Origin: an uncultured Collinsella sp. | GTDB taxonomy: Bacteria > Actinomycetota > Coriobacteriia > Coriobacteriales > Coriobacteriaceae | Length of the DNA stretch: 64,000 nucleotides | Reading direction: 5' to 3' | Assembly: GCA_902494085.1 (NCBI GenBank) | Contig: CABURU010000001.1 | Coordinates: 78,475-142,474 of the forward strand | Part shown: piece after piece, positions 44,102 through 56,674 of the stretch | How positions within the stretch are numbered: the first letter of the stretch is position 1 | How the letters are laid out: every line of letters begins with the position of its first letter | Notes under the pieces: generated by a model | What the model was told of the DNA's origin: nothing | Database searches by the model: none | The model's input: only the letters and a program-made list of their open reading frames with translations | Translations under genes and position numbers: made by a program

Positions 44102-44145
44102 TCTGAGGGGCTGGTTGGGCAGCGGTGTCTGTTGGTGCGCAGCTG

Positions 44146-44367
44146 CTACGCGGCGGTCACAGACAGGGCGTGGAACTTCTCGCCGGCGCCCTCGACGGCG
44201 GCGGCGAGCTGCTCGGCGGTCACGGTGTCAGTGCACTCCACCTGGACGGTCTGGGTCTCGTGATCGGCGTCGGCATCGGTCACGCCGGCCACGTTGAGCA
44301 GTGCCGTCTCGACAGTAGCGTCGCAGTGTCCGCACATAAGGCCAGACGTTTTAACGATGTAGTTCAT
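44146..44367 (-). CDS. copZ: Heavy-metal-associated (copper chaperone) protein
   Basis: GLMCGHC HMA motif, 73 aa. Confidence 0.85.
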   Translation of the reverse strand: MNYIVKTSGLMCGHCDATVETALLNVAGVTDADADHETQTVQVECTDTVTAEQLAAAVEGAGEKFHALSVTAA

Positions 44368-44395
44368 GATTGTCTCCTTTTCGTTGAGTACCTAA

Positions 44396-44462
44396 AGTTG
44401 CGGTGGAATACGGACTAAATGGCGGTTTAGCTAAGCATGTTACGCCTTATTTCACCGCAACT
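44396..44462. repeat. Palindromic element (family B) overlapping the copA 3' end
   Basis: AGTTGCGGTGGAATACGGAC...TTATTTCACCGCAACT. Confidence 0.85.
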
Positions 44463-46789
44463 GATGGTTTAAAGGTTCGCAGACGCAGCGCATTGCTTAC
44501 GACGCACACGCTCGACAGGCTCATGGCCGCGGCGCCAAACATCGGCGAGAGCTGCCATCCGGTGAGCGGGAAAAACACGCCCGCGGCGAGCGGAATGCCG
44601 ATGCCGTTGTAGAACAGCGCCCAGAACAGGTCCTGCTTGATATTGCGAATCGTGGCGCGCGAAAGCTCGATGGCCCGCGCAACATCCATGAGGTCGCTGC
44701 GCATGAGTACCACGTCGGCGCCCTCCTTGGCGATGTCGGCGCCGGTGCCGATCGCAAGGCCCACGTCGGCGCGCGCCAGGGCGGGGGAGTCGTTGATGCC
44801 GTCGCCCACCATGGCAACCTTGCCGCCCGCATCCTGCAGTTCGCGCACGTGACGTTCCTTGTCGGCGGGCAGGACGTCGGCGATAACCTGTTCGCTGGTG
44901 AGTCCCACGCGGCGAGCGATGGCCTCGGCCGTCAAGCGGTTGTCGCCGGTGAGCATGCGTACGTCGACGCCGAGCTTGCGGAGTGCGGTAACGGCCTCCG
45001 CACTCGTCTCCTTAACCTCGTCAGCTACGGCGATGGTACCGACGAGCTCGCCGTTCTTGGCAAAGAACAGCGGCGTCTTGCCCTCGGCAGCGAACTGCTC
45101 GGCAAGACTGGCGGGCACCTCTGTGCCCAGCTCGCTCATCAGACGAACGTTGCCGGCTGCGATGACATTCTGCCCCTCGCGCGCCGTGACGCCGCGACCG
45201 GGCACGGCGGCAAAGTCTTCGACCATGCGTGCGACGATTCCGCGCGTCTCGCACTCGGCCATAATCGCCTCGGCCAGCGGGTGCTCGCTCGAGCGCTCCA
45301 GCGCGGCAGCAAGCTTGAGCAGCGCCTTTTCACTCATAGCGGGCGAGCCATCGGCGCGCGCGGCAACCACAATATCGGTCACGGCGGGCTTGCCGCGGGT
45401 GACGGTGCCCGTCTTATCGAGCACCACGGTGCCCACGTTGCGCAGATTCTCCAGCGCCTCGGCGCTCTTAAACAGAATGCCCATCTCGGCGCCCTTGCCG
45501 GTGCCAACCATAATGGCGACGGGCGTGGCCAGGCCCAGCGCGCACGGGCAGCTGATCACCAACACGGCCACGGCGGAGGTGAGCGCCTCGTTTATGCTGC
45601 CGGTCAGTGCCATCCACACCGCAAAGGTCACGGCCGAGATTACAAACACCACGGGCACAAACACGCCGGCGACCTTGTCGGCCAGGCGGGCGATGGGCGC
45701 CTTGGTGGCGTTGGCGTCCTCGACGAGCTGGATGATCTTGGCAAGCGACGTGTCGGCGCCCACGCGTGTGGCACGGAAGGTAAACGATCCGGTGCGGTTG
45801 ACCGTGGCGGCGTTGACGGTGTCACCGGTGGCCTTTTCCACGGGGATGGACTCGCCGGTGAGCGCGCTCTCGTCTACGGCGGAGGCGCCCTCGAGTACCA
45901 CGCCGTCGACAGGGATAGACTCGCCGGGGCGCACACGCAGGACCTGGCCGGGAAGGATGCTGTCGACGTCCACAACGGTCTCGGTGCCGTCATCGGCAAC
46001 GACGGTCGCGGCCTTGGGCGCCAGGTCGATGAGGGCCTCAATAGCGCCGCCGGTCTTGGACTTGCTGCGCGTCTCGAGGTATTTGCCCACGGTGACGAGC
46101 GACAGAATCGTGCCGGCACTCTCAAAATACAGGTTGTCCATGCTCGTCATCATGGCCTCGTGCACCTGACCTGTGGCCAGCTGGTCGGCCATGATGAACA
46201 TGGCGTAGAGCGACCAGGCGATTGACGCGGTGGCGCCGACGGCGATGAGAGCGTCCATGGTGGGCGCGCCGTGTACGAGTGATTTGAAGCCGTTGATAAA
46301 GTACGCGTCGTTGACGTAGACGATGGGGATGAGCAAGACGAGCTCGGTGAGGGCGAGCGTCATGCTGTGGATGTGGTCCGTGAAGATGCCGGGCAGCGGC
46401 CAGCCGAGCATGTGCCCCATGCCTATGTAGAACAGCGGAATGAGAAAGATGATTGAGATGATGAGACGGGTGCGCATGGCGGAGGCGGTGGCCTCTAGCT
46501 TTTTGGTCGGCGACTCCATATGGGTGGCACCGGACCTGGCTTGTGCGCTGCCGTTTGGGGCGGCATCGGTGCGCATGCTGACGGGCGAGGCCGAGTAGCC
46601 CGCGCGATCGACGGCGGTGCAGATATCGTCGGGGGAGACCTGCGCGGGGTCGTAGTCGACCATCATGGAACCGGCGAGCAGGTTGACCGCGACGCTTTGG
46701 ACGCCGTCGAGCTTGCTGACGGCGCGGTCCACATGCGCCTGGCAAGCGGCGCACGTCATGCCGCCCACGTCAAACTTATCTTGAGCCAT
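44447..46789 (-). CDS. copA: Copper-translocating P1B-type ATPase
   Basis: [36 protein letters not shown] and MSLSS. Confidence 0.95.
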   Translation of the reverse strand: MAQDKFDVGGMTCAACQAHVDRAVSKLDGVQSVAVNLLAGSMMVDYDPAQVSPDDICTAVDRAGYSASPVSMRTDAAPNGSAQARSGATHMESPTKKLEATASAMRTRLIISIIFLIPLFYIGMGHMLGWPLPGIFTDHIHSMTLALTELVLLIPIVYVNDAYFINGFKSLVHGAPTMDALIAVGATASIAWSLYAMFIMADQLATGQVHEAMMTSMDNLYFESAGTILSLVTVGKYLETRSKSKTGGAIEALIDLAPKAATVVADDGTETVVDVDSILPGQVLRVRPGESIPVDGVVLEGASAVDESALTGESIPVEKATGDTVNAATVNRTGSFTFRATRVGADTSLAKIIQLVEDANATKAPIARLADKVAGVFVPVVFVISAVTFAVWMALTGSINEALTSAVAVLVISCPCALGLATPVAIMVGTGKGAEMGILFKSAEALENLRNVGTVVLDKTGTVTRGKPAVTDIVVAARADGSPAMSEKALLKLAAALERSSEHPLAEAIMAECETRGIVARMVEDFAAVPGRGVTAREGQNVIAAGNVRLMSELGTEVPASLAEQFAAEGKTPLFFAKNGELVGTIAVADEVKETSAEAVTALRKLGVDVRMLTGDNRLTAEAIARRVGLTSEQVIADVLPADKERHVRELQDAGGKVAMVGDGINDSPALARADVGLAIGTGADIAKEGADVVLMRSDLMDVARAIELSRATIRNIKQDLFWALFYNGIGIPLAAGVFFPLTGWQLSPMFGAAAMSLSSVCVVSNALRLRTFKPSVAVK

Positions 46790-46840
46790 GGCTTCTCCTT
46801 TCTGTAGTTCGGTGTTGTAATTGTTAACCTGCCGATACTA

Positions 46841-46866
46841 TACACCCATACCCCCTGGGGGTGTAC
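46841..46866. promoter_or_regulatory. Putative CsoR operator upstream of copA
   Basis: TACACCCATACCCCCTGGGGGTGTA, a G/C tract flanked by TAC/GTA. Confidence 0.65.
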
Positions 46867-46941
46867 AGTACAGAAAGAAATGTATGACATTCCGATACAG
46901 ATGAGGGTGGCTGCTCAATCGTTGGCAGTCCCTGCCAGACA

Positions 46942-47076
46942 TCTCAATCTGCAACATCTAGCAGGGAAAATGACCTCTAACTGTTATAGATTGAGATGTT
47001 GTTTTGTGAGGTTTGGGTTTGTCTCAATCTGTAACAGTTAGACCGGTTTTTGCTGAGCAACTGTTACAGATTGCGA
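46942..47076. repeat. 80-bp-period palindromic array (family A), 2 units
   Basis: Units at 46942 and 47022. Confidence 0.92.
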
Positions 47077-47349
47077 CAATCGGCCCAGACCCGCCCCGTC
47101 CGCCTCGTCATCTGTGGTTTACGTGGGGGCATGCGGAGTACGGGTATACTAACCGGCGGCGAATCTGCTCCATCGCTTAGGGCCGCTGCGTCTGGACGGC
47201 GCGTGATAGGGCTGCCAAAGCGATCGCCAGCGTGCTGAGCAACGTCCTCTCTGTGCGCACCTGTTTTTGTATGTATTAGCGCACTACCAAGCACGCTCGC
47301 GCGGCCGCATGCCGTGCCCATAACGCGTGCAGATAAGGAACAACAACAT

Positions 47350-49614
<2,265 letters not shown>

Positions 49615-49646
49615 CATACGCGTCGCACGCTAGAGCGAGGCGAACT

Positions 49647-49682
49647 AAGGGCCCCGAGCAGACTATGCTCGGGGCCCTTTTT
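49647..49682 (+). terminator. Terminator after the helicase
   Basis: GGGCCCCGAGCA-GACTA-TGCTCGGGGCCC followed by a T tract. Confidence 0.85.
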
Positions 49683-49860
49683 GGTGCAAAGGGGACAGGT
49701 TACTTTGCACCTAGTTGGTGCAAGGGGGACAGGTTGGTTTGCGCCAACGTCTTTAAGTTGCGGTGGAATACGGACTGTTTTGGCCTTTTGAGCGGCTTTT
49801 CAGTCCCTATTTCACCGCAACTTATGATTGGCGCAAAGTAACCTGTCTCCAATGCACCAA
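49681..49860. repeat. Composite repeat cluster: C, C, B (49756-49822) and inverted C
   Basis: Two TTGGTGCAA-GGGGACAGGTT units, a family B palindrome, then TTGGCGCAAAGTAACCTGTCTCCAATGCACCAA. Confidence 0.88.
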
Positions 49861-49982
49861 ACAAGGATCGTTCCTAAGTGTCGCCTAAATACCGTTTATC
49901 GAAGAAAAAATACCGTTCATCGGTCATAATGATTGTTCCGGCTTTGGAATTGTCTACAATAGCTCCCGTAAAAAGAAATGCG

Positions 49983-50080
49983 GAAGGTTACCGAGTCCCT
50001 CGGACGTGGGCCTAACCAAAGTCTTTGAACGGGTGTGTCTCTATGGATGCATTCGCTTGATTTTGGTTGGGCTATATTTA
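49983..50080 (+). promoter_or_regulatory. RAT antiterminator overlapping a terminator hairpin
   Basis: GTTAC-CGAG-TCC-CTCG-GACGTGGG resembles a ptsG/GlcT-type RAT; overlaps stem GGCCTAACCAAAGTC/GATTTTGGTTGGGCT; a PRD antiterminator is in the operon. Confidence 0.72.
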
Positions 50081-50097
50081 TGAAGGGACATGCCACC

Positions 50098-50610
50098 ATG
50101 GGTTTCTTTTCTCGCCTGATGGGCGGTTCGGATGAGCAGAAGACTGCGGCTTCCGAGTTCGAAATCCTCGCTCCCGTTTCCGGCGAGCTTGTTCATCTAG
50201 AAAATACCAATGATCCCGCTTTTAGCAGCCGTGCTGTGGGCGATGGCGTTGCCGTGGTTCCCCAAGAGGGAACGGTGTGCGCTCCTGTTTCCGGCACCGT
50301 TGCGGCGCTGTTTCCGACTGAGCACGCGCTGGGCATCATGTCCGACGACAGCTCTGCTCAGGTGATGCTGCATATCGGAATCGACACTGTTAAGCTTGAG
50401 GGCAAGGGCTTCCATGCGCTTGTTGCCCAGGGTGACCATGTCGACGCGGGCCAGCCCCTCGTCGAGGTCGATTTCGACGCGGTCCGCGCCGCCGGCTTCG
50501 ATCCCACGGTCTTCGTTATCGTGTGCGAGCGTTCAGAGAACTCGACTCTTCGTGAGCATGCTTCCGGCCCTGTTGCTGTTAAAGAGCCTGTCGTCTGGCT
50601 TTCCGAGTAA
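50098..50610 (+). CDS. PTS glucose-family EIIA
   Basis: DPAFS..VGDG, FPTEHA and LHIGIDTVKLEG. Confidence 0.93.
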   Translation: MGFFSRLMGGSDEQKTAASEFEILAPVSGELVHLENTNDPAFSSRAVGDGVAVVPQEGTVCAPVSGTVAALFPTEHALGIMSDDSSAQVMLHIGIDTVKLEGKGFHALVAQGDHVDAGQPLVEVDFDAVRAAGFDPTVFVIVCERSENSTLREHASGPVAVKEPVVWLSE

Positions 50611-50616
50611 ATTCTT

Positions 50617-51483
50617 GTGGTGGGTACCGTGGTTATCAAGCGAGTTTTTAACAACAACGTCGCAATGGTCACTTCGGACGATGGCTCCGAGCTCATCGTC
50701 ATCGGCCGAGGCCTCTGCTTTGGCCGTCATGCCGGCGATGCCATCGACGAGGCGTCGATCGAAAAGACCTACGCGTTGCAGGAGGGAACTTCTCAGGATT
50801 CGCGTACGATTGACCGCTTGGCACATCTTTTGGAGTCCATCCCCACCGTCAACCTCGTGATTGCCGAGGACATTGTTCAGATGCTCCGTCGTGAGCTCAA
50901 TGTTGATATCAACGACAAGATTCTCATTGCTCTCGCAGACCATATCAGCCTTGCTTTGGAGCGTGAGCGCAAGGGCGTCTCCTGTGAGAATCCGTTGCTG
51001 CTCGAGATCCAGCAGTTCTATCGCAAGGAGTATGCACTTGCGGGCCGTGCGCTGCAGATTATCAAGGAGTATATGGGCATCCAGATGAGCGAAGAAGAGC
51101 AGGGCTTCATTACGCTGCATATCGTCAACGCCACCATGCCGCAACGCTCCGACCGTTTGATTGTTTCGGTCCAGCTTGTTCGCGACGTGCTCGCGATTGT
51201 TTCCGAGCGCTATGCTACGACCCTCGATGACACCTCGTTGCCCTATGAGCGTTTCGTCCGCCACCTGCAGTTTTTCGCACAGCGGGCGCTTGACCCCACG
51301 GCCGGGCAAATCAATGGCGGCGCGCTGTTCCGAATCGATGAAACGGCGTATCCGTGCGCATTCTCGTGCGCGGACGCCATAGCCGCCCACTTGTCGTCTA
51401 CCTATAACGTTGTCGTTACCGATGCCGAGAAGAGCTATCTCGCATATCACATTGTTAACCTGCTTGGAGAACCTGGTCTCTAG
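50617..51483 (+). CDS. BglG/LicT family PRD antiterminator
   Basis: CAT domain IKRVFNNN..IGRGL; PRD histidines in ADHI, TLHI, VRHL and AYHI. Confidence 0.92.
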   Translation: MVGTVVIKRVFNNNVAMVTSDDGSELIVIGRGLCFGRHAGDAIDEASIEKTYALQEGTSQDSRTIDRLAHLLESIPTVNLVIAEDIVQMLRRELNVDINDKILIALADHISLALERERKGVSCENPLLLEIQQFYRKEYALAGRALQIIKEYMGIQMSEEEQGFITLHIVNATMPQRSDRLIVSVQLVRDVLAIVSERYATTLDDTSLPYERFVRHLQFFAQRALDPTAGQINGGALFRIDETAYPCAFSCADAIAAHLSSTYNVVVTDAEKSYLAYHIVNLLGEPGL

Positions 51484-51582
51484 GCATAACGTGCCCACAC
51501 ATCGATTGATATAAGGCAAGGCTCACGGTCTTGTCCAGGGCACATCTGTCTTAATTTGCGGAAAAGGAAGGGGAGTACCGCT

Positions 51583-53199
51583 ATGACCGCAAAAAAGAAG
51601 TTCAATTTCAAAGCGCCGTTGGAGGTGTTCGCGAAGTCGATCGTCCAGCCGATGATGTATCTCTCGGTTGCCGGCATCCTGCTCATTGTGGGCATCATTC
51701 TGACCAACAAGACCATTTGCGCTTTGGTCCCCGTACTGGGCTCCGGTCCGTTCCAGCTTGTGGGCGCCGTTGTCTACCAGTCGCTGATGTTTATCATCAA
51801 CAACCTCTCGATTCTGTTCTGCGTGGGCATCGCCGGCGCCATGGCAAAGAAGAACAAGGGCCATGCTTCGCTGATCGCCCTGATGTCGTTCTTCCTGTTC
51901 CTGCAGGCTAACAACATCGTGCTCAACGCCACCGGCTCTCTTGCCGATGCGAGCGGCATGCTCGGCCTTACCGGAACCGGCCAGGCCACCGTTATGGGCA
52001 TCCAGGTGCTCGATACCGGCGTGTTCGGCGGCATCATTCTCGGTTGCATCACCGGCGCCGTGTTCAACAAGTACTCGAACAAGCAGTTCCCCATTGCCCT
52101 TTCGATGTTCTCGGGCGTTCGCTTCCCGTTCCTGATCATGATCATCATTTCCTGGATCATGGGCGCTGGCTTCTGCATCGTTTGGCCTCCGGTTCAGGGT
52201 GCCATCTCCTCCGTTGCCGGCATCATTAAGGAGTCGGGCAACATCGGCCTGTTTATCTACGGCATGCTCAACAAGCTGCTCGTTCCCACCGGTCTGCACC
52301 ACCTCATCTACACCCCGTTCCAGTTCTCCGATGTGGGTGGCACCCTTACGCTGGGTGGTCAGGTTATCGCCGGCGCCTATCCCATCCGTGTTGCCGAGAT
52401 GGCAATGACGGGTCAGCCCTTCTCCGATAGCACCTACTTCAACAGCTACACCTTCAACAATCTGTGGCCCTACATCGGCATCGGCCTCGCCTTTATCGTC
52501 ACCGCCTACAAGGGGAACAAGGATAAGACCAAGGCCGTTATCATCCCGCTGATCATCACCGCCGTGCTCTCCTGCGTGACCGAGCCCATGGACTTCCTCT
52601 TTGTCTTTGCCGCTCCCGTGCTCTTTGTCGTTCACTCGGTTCTTTCCGGCATCTTCCTGGTCCTGCTCAAGGTCCTCTCCGTGCCCGCTTCGACTGCAGG
52701 CGGCATCATCAACATCGTGGTCTCCAACCTGGTCCTGGGTGTCGATAAGACCAACTGGCCGGTTATGCTGGTGCTTGGAGTCGTCAACGCCGCGCTGTAC
52801 TTCTTCCTCTTCACCTTCCTTATCAAGAAGCTCAACCTCCACACGCCTGGCCGCGAGGAGGAGTCCGAGCTCGCCGAGTCCGTTGCCGAGGGCGAGGCCG
52901 CCGCGTCTGTCGCAGTGAAGCAGGGCGCCGTTGCCGCGGCTCCCGCAGAGGGCGTCGATGCAGGTATTGCCGACCTGGTCGCAGGTCTTGGCGGCAAGGA
53001 CAACATCGAGGAGCTCGAGAACTGCTTTACGCGTCTCCGCGTGAACGTTAAGAACCCGGACCTCATCAATGAGGACCTCATCAACCACGTGCCCAACAGC
53101 GGCATCAACCGCAACGGCAATAATATCCAGATCATCTTTGGCATGAAGGTCGCCGAGATGCGCGACAAGGTCGAAAACGCAATTGAGAAGGAGCAGTAA
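51583..53199 (+). CDS. PTS EIICB, maltose/alpha-glucoside type
   Basis: DTGVFGGI, PTGLHH, VTEP and TPGRE; C-terminal EIIB NCFTRLR. Confidence 0.92.
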   Translation: MTAKKKFNFKAPLEVFAKSIVQPMMYLSVAGILLIVGIILTNKTICALVPVLGSGPFQLVGAVVYQSLMFIINNLSILFCVGIAGAMAKKNKGHASLIALMSFFLFLQANNIVLNATGSLADASGMLGLTGTGQATVMGIQVLDTGVFGGIILGCITGAVFNKYSNKQFPIALSMFSGVRFPFLIMIIISWIMGAGFCIVWPPVQGAISSVAGIIKESGNIGLFIYGMLNKLLVPTGLHHLIYTPFQFSDVGGTLTLGGQVIAGAYPIRVAEMAMTGQPFSDSTYFNSYTFNNLWPYIGIGLAFIVTAYKGNKDKTKAVIIPLIITAVLSCVTEPMDFLFVFAAPVLFVVHSVLSGIFLVLLKVLSVPASTAGGIINIVVSNLVLGVDKTNWPVMLVLGVVNAALYFFLFTFLIKKLNLHTPGREEESELAESVAEGEAAASVAVKQGAVAAAPAEGVDAGIADLVAGLGGKDNIEELENCFTRLRVNVKNPDLINEDLINHVPNSGINRNGNNIQIIFGMKVAEMRDKVENAIEKEQ

Positions 53200-53202
53200 A
53201 CA

Positions 53203-54585
53203 ATGATCATTACTCTGTGTGGTGGCGGATCCACCTTTACCCCCGGCATCGTCAAGTCCATCGCCCTGCGCAAGGACGAGCTCGACGTTGACGAGATTCG
53301 TCTGTACGACATCAACGAGGAGCGCCAGCGCAAGGTCGGCGTGCTCGTGGACTGGATTTTGCACGAGGACCTCGGCCTGGACATCAAGCTCACGGTGACC
53401 ACCGACAAAAAGACGGCTTTTACCGACGCGAGCTTCGTGTTTGCCCAGATGCGCGTGGGCGGCTACGCCATGCGCGAGCAGGACGAGAAGATTCCGCTGC
53501 GTCACGGCTGCGTGGGCCAGGAGACTTGCGGTTGCGGCGGCCTTGCCTACGGCATGCGCACCATCTTCCCCATGGTCGAGCTGATCGATGACGTTGAGAA
53601 GTACGCCAAGAAGGATTACTGGATTCTCAACTACTCCAACCCTGCTGCCATCGTCTCCGAGGGCTGCCGTGTGCTGCGTCCCAACGCTCGCATCATCAAC
53701 ATCTGCGACATGCCGATCGCGATCATCGACGTGGTTTGCGCCGCGCTCGATATCGACAAGAAGGATGTCGAGTACGATTACTTTGGCCTCAACCACTTTG
53801 GTTGGTTCACCTCGATCCGCCACAAGGGCGAGGAGGTGCTCCCGCAGCTGCGCGAGTACATCAAGGAGCACCAGATCCTGCTGCCCGACTCCTACCTCAA
53901 GGGCATGGGCTCGCTCATGGCAAAGAAGCCCGAGGAGGCCACCGACGAGCATCCCGAGCAGAATCGCCACACCAAGGGCAGCTGGTACTACGTCTGGAAG
54001 GGCGAGTACGAGATCATGGAGTGCTTCCCGGAGTACCTGCCCAACACGTATCTGAACTACTACCTGCAGCAGAAGGAGTTCGTCGAGCATTCCAACCCCG
54101 AGCGCACCCGTGCTAACGAGGTTGAGGAGACGCGTGAGAAGAACCTCTTCGACGGCATCGACCACTACGAGAAGACGGGCGAGATCGACGAGAGCACGTT
54201 CTATGCGGGCAGCCACGGCGACTGGATTGCCGACCTGGCTATCGCTCTGAAGAACGACACCAAGCAGCGCTTCCTGGTCATTTGCGAGAACAAGGGCGCT
54301 ATCCCCAACATGCCCTACGACGCCATGGTCGAGCTGCCTGCCTACATTGGCAAGAACGGCCCCGAGGTCATCAGCCGCGACAACATTCCTCTGTTCCAGC
54401 AGGGCCTCATGATGCAGCAGCTGAACTCCGAGAAGCTCGTGGTCGAGGCTACGATCGAGGGTTCGTACGAGAAGGCGCTCAAGGCCTTTACGCTGAACAA
54501 GACCGTGCCGTCGATGAAGGTCGCCAAGGAGGTTCTCGACGACATGATCGAGGCCAACAAGGGTTACTGGCCCGAGCTTAAGTAA
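53203..54585 (+). CDS. 6-phospho-alpha-glucosidase (GH4)
   Basis: GGGSTFTPG, GQETCGCGG, NYSNP, ICDMP and GLNHFGW. Confidence 0.92.
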   Translation: MIITLCGGGSTFTPGIVKSIALRKDELDVDEIRLYDINEERQRKVGVLVDWILHEDLGLDIKLTVTTDKKTAFTDASFVFAQMRVGGYAMREQDEKIPLRHGCVGQETCGCGGLAYGMRTIFPMVELIDDVEKYAKKDYWILNYSNPAAIVSEGCRVLRPNARIINICDMPIAIIDVVCAALDIDKKDVEYDYFGLNHFGWFTSIRHKGEEVLPQLREYIKEHQILLPDSYLKGMGSLMAKKPEEATDEHPEQNRHTKGSWYYVWKGEYEIMECFPEYLPNTYLNYYLQQKEFVEHSNPERTRANEVEETREKNLFDGIDHYEKTGEIDESTFYAGSHGDWIADLAIALKNDTKQRFLVICENKGAIPNMPYDAMVELPAYIGKNGPEVISRDNIPLFQQGLMMQQLNSEKLVVEATIEGSYEKALKAFTLNKTVPSMKVAKEVLDDMIEANKGYWPELK

Positions 54586-54616
54586 AAGCAACAGGGTCGC
54601 TGGCCGCATACCTGGA

Positions 54617-54657
54617 GCAATGCCCCGTCCACGTGATTGCGTGGGCGGGGCATTGTC
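54617..54657 (+). terminator. Hairpin/terminator after the GH4 gene
   Basis: CAATGCCCCGTCCACG...CGTGGGCGGGGCATTG. Confidence 0.7.
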
Positions 54658-54841
54658 ATTTGGTAACGCGTTTTATCAAATATGGCATTTATCTGCGGTA
54701 ATGTTCTATTTCACCGCCGAGGGTGACATTTCATACCGCCTGCCGAACTGCGTGGAGACCTAACAACTTTTTAGGTCAGTGTTGTGCGTGTAGCAACTTC
54801 GCCCGGCCTCGCCTCCGGGCTGCCGCATGAGAGGGGATCTT

Positions 54842-56674
54842 ATGGCACGACTGCACGTAATGGAACGCAGCCACGCTCAGGCCGTCATGGACGACCTACA
54901 TGATGCGCTTGGGCGCCGTCTGGCGGTGAGTTCGCTCGCCCCGTGCCCCGTTGAGTTTACGGCGGCGCTCGTCAACCTGTGCTCCACCCAGAGCTGCGGC
55001 AAGTGCACGCCCTGCCGTGTGGGCCTGAGCGCGCTGAGCGATCTGCTCGCCGATGTGCTCGAGGGCCGCGCCGACGAGTCCACGCTCAATTTGATTGAGC
55101 GCACGGCCCGCACCATCTACCTTTCGAGTGACTGCGCTATCGGCTACGAGGCCGGCGCCATGGCACTCACGGCCATTCGCGGCTTCCGCGACGATTTTGA
55201 GCACCATATCCGCGAGCACTCCTGTGGCTTTGACCGCGAGGCCCGCGTCCCGTGCGTCTCGGGCTGCCCGGCGCACGTCGACATTCCCGGTTACATTTCG
55301 CTGGTCGAGGCTGGCCGCTATGCCGATGCCGTCAAGGTCATCCGCAAGAACAACCCGCTGCCGCTCGTTTGCGGCCTGGTGTGCGAGCATCCCTGCGAGA
55401 TGCACTGCCGTCGCGGCATGGTCGACGATCCCATGAACATCCTCGCCCTTAAGCGTTTTGCCGTTGAGCACAGTGACCTCAACGACCACAAGCCGCATGT
55501 AGTGGACAACACCGGGAAGCGCGTCGCCGTGATCGGCGGCGGCCCGGCCGGTCTTTCCTGCGCCTACTACCTGGCCGTGATGGGCCACAAGGTGAGCATC
55601 TTTGAACAGCGCCACCACCTGGGCGGCATGCTGCGCTACGGCATCCCCAGCTATCGTCTGCCGCGCGAGCGCCTGCAGGCCGAGATCGATTGGGTCTTGA
55701 GCGCCGGTATCGACGTGGAGCTCGACCACTCCGTGAACGGCGAGGAGCTCGCCCGCCTGCGCGACGAGTTCGATGCCGTCTACCTGGCCATTGGCGCCCA
55801 CAGCGATAAGAAGCTCGGCCTTCCGGGCGAAGAGGCGCCCGGCGTGGAATCGGCCGTCAAGATGCTGCGCGCCATCGGCGACGACGAGCTGCCCGACCTG
55901 AGCGGTCAGCGTGTGTGCGTCATCGGCGGCGGCAACGTGGCCATGGACGTGGCGCGTTCTGCCGTGCGCTGCGGTGCCGAAAAGGTGAGCATCGTCTACC
56001 GCCGCCGCATCTGCGACATGACGGCCCAGGATGCCGAGATCGCCGGCGCCCAGGCCGAGGGCTGCGAGGTTTTGGAGCTCACCGCACCGCTCGCTATCGA
56101 GACGGGTGAGGAAGGTCGCGTGAGTGGCCTGCGCGTGCAGCCGCAGATTATCGGCGAGCCCCGTCGTGGGCGTCCGGCCCCGCGTGCCGCCGCCACGCCC
56201 GAGCGCGTCATTCCCTGCGAGCGCGTGTTTGTGGCCATTGGTCAGGACATCGACTCCAAGCCGTTTGAGGACATGGGCATCGCCTGTAAGTGGGGCTGCG
56301 TGGTCACCGATTCGGATGGCGCCGTGCCTAACTTTGATGGCCTCTTTAGCGGCGGCGACTGCCAGACCGGTCCCGCCACCGTCATCCGGGCCATCAACGC
56401 CGGCCGCGTTGCTTCGGCAAATATCGATCGCTATCTGGGCTTTGACCACAAGATCAAGCTCGACGTTGAGCTGCCGACCGTGCAGTTTAAGGGCAAGCAC
56501 GAGTGCGGCCGCTGCGAGCTGGGCGAGCGCGAGGCCGGCGAGCGCATCCACGATTGGAATCTGGTCGAGCAGGGCCTTACCGAGCAGGAGGCACGCCAGG
56601 AGGCAAGCCGCTGCCTGCGTTGCGACCACTTTGGCTTTGGCGCGTTCCGCGGAGGGAGGAACCTGGAATGGTAG
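54842..56674 (+). CDS. NuoF-like 4Fe-4S domain plus GltD-like NAD(P)/FAD oxidoreductase (hydrogenase partner)
   Basis: QSCGKCTPCRVG, CVSGCP, CGLVCEHPC, GGGPAG, GGGNVAMD and RCLRC. Confidence 0.88.
   Translation: MARLHVMERSHAQAVMDDLHDALGRRLAVSSLAPCPVEFTAALVNLCSTQSCGKCTPCRVGLSALSDLLADVLEGRADESTLNLIERTARTIYLSSDCAIGYEAGAMALTAIRGFRDDFEHHIREHSCGFDREARVPCVSGCPAHVDIPGYISLVEAGRYADAVKVIRKNNPLPLVCGLVCEHPCEMHCRRGMVDDPMNILALKRFAVEHSDLNDHKPHVVDNTGKRVAVIGGGPAGLSCAYYLAVMGHKVSIFEQRHHLGGMLRYGIPSYRLPRERLQAEIDWVLSAGIDVELDHSVNGEELARLRDEFDAVYLAIGAHSDKKLGLPGEEAPGVESAVKMLRAIGDDELPDLSGQRVCVIGGGNVAMDVARSAVRCGAEKVSIVYRRRICDMTAQDAEIAGAQAEGCEVLELTAPLAIETGEEGRVSGLRVQPQIIGEPRRGRPAPRAAATPERVIPCERVFVAIGQDIDSKPFEDMGIACKWGCVVTDSDGAVPNFDGLFSGGDCQTGPATVIRAINAGRVASANIDRYLGFDHKIKLDVELPTVQFKGKHECGRCELGEREAGERIHDWNLVEQGLTEQEARQEASRCLRCDHFGFGAFRGGRNLEW

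Noticed and set aside
51484..51582. Second RAT before the EIICB gene
   Set aside because: Only a partial GATTG...GGCAAG resemblance, with no stem or overlapping terminator.
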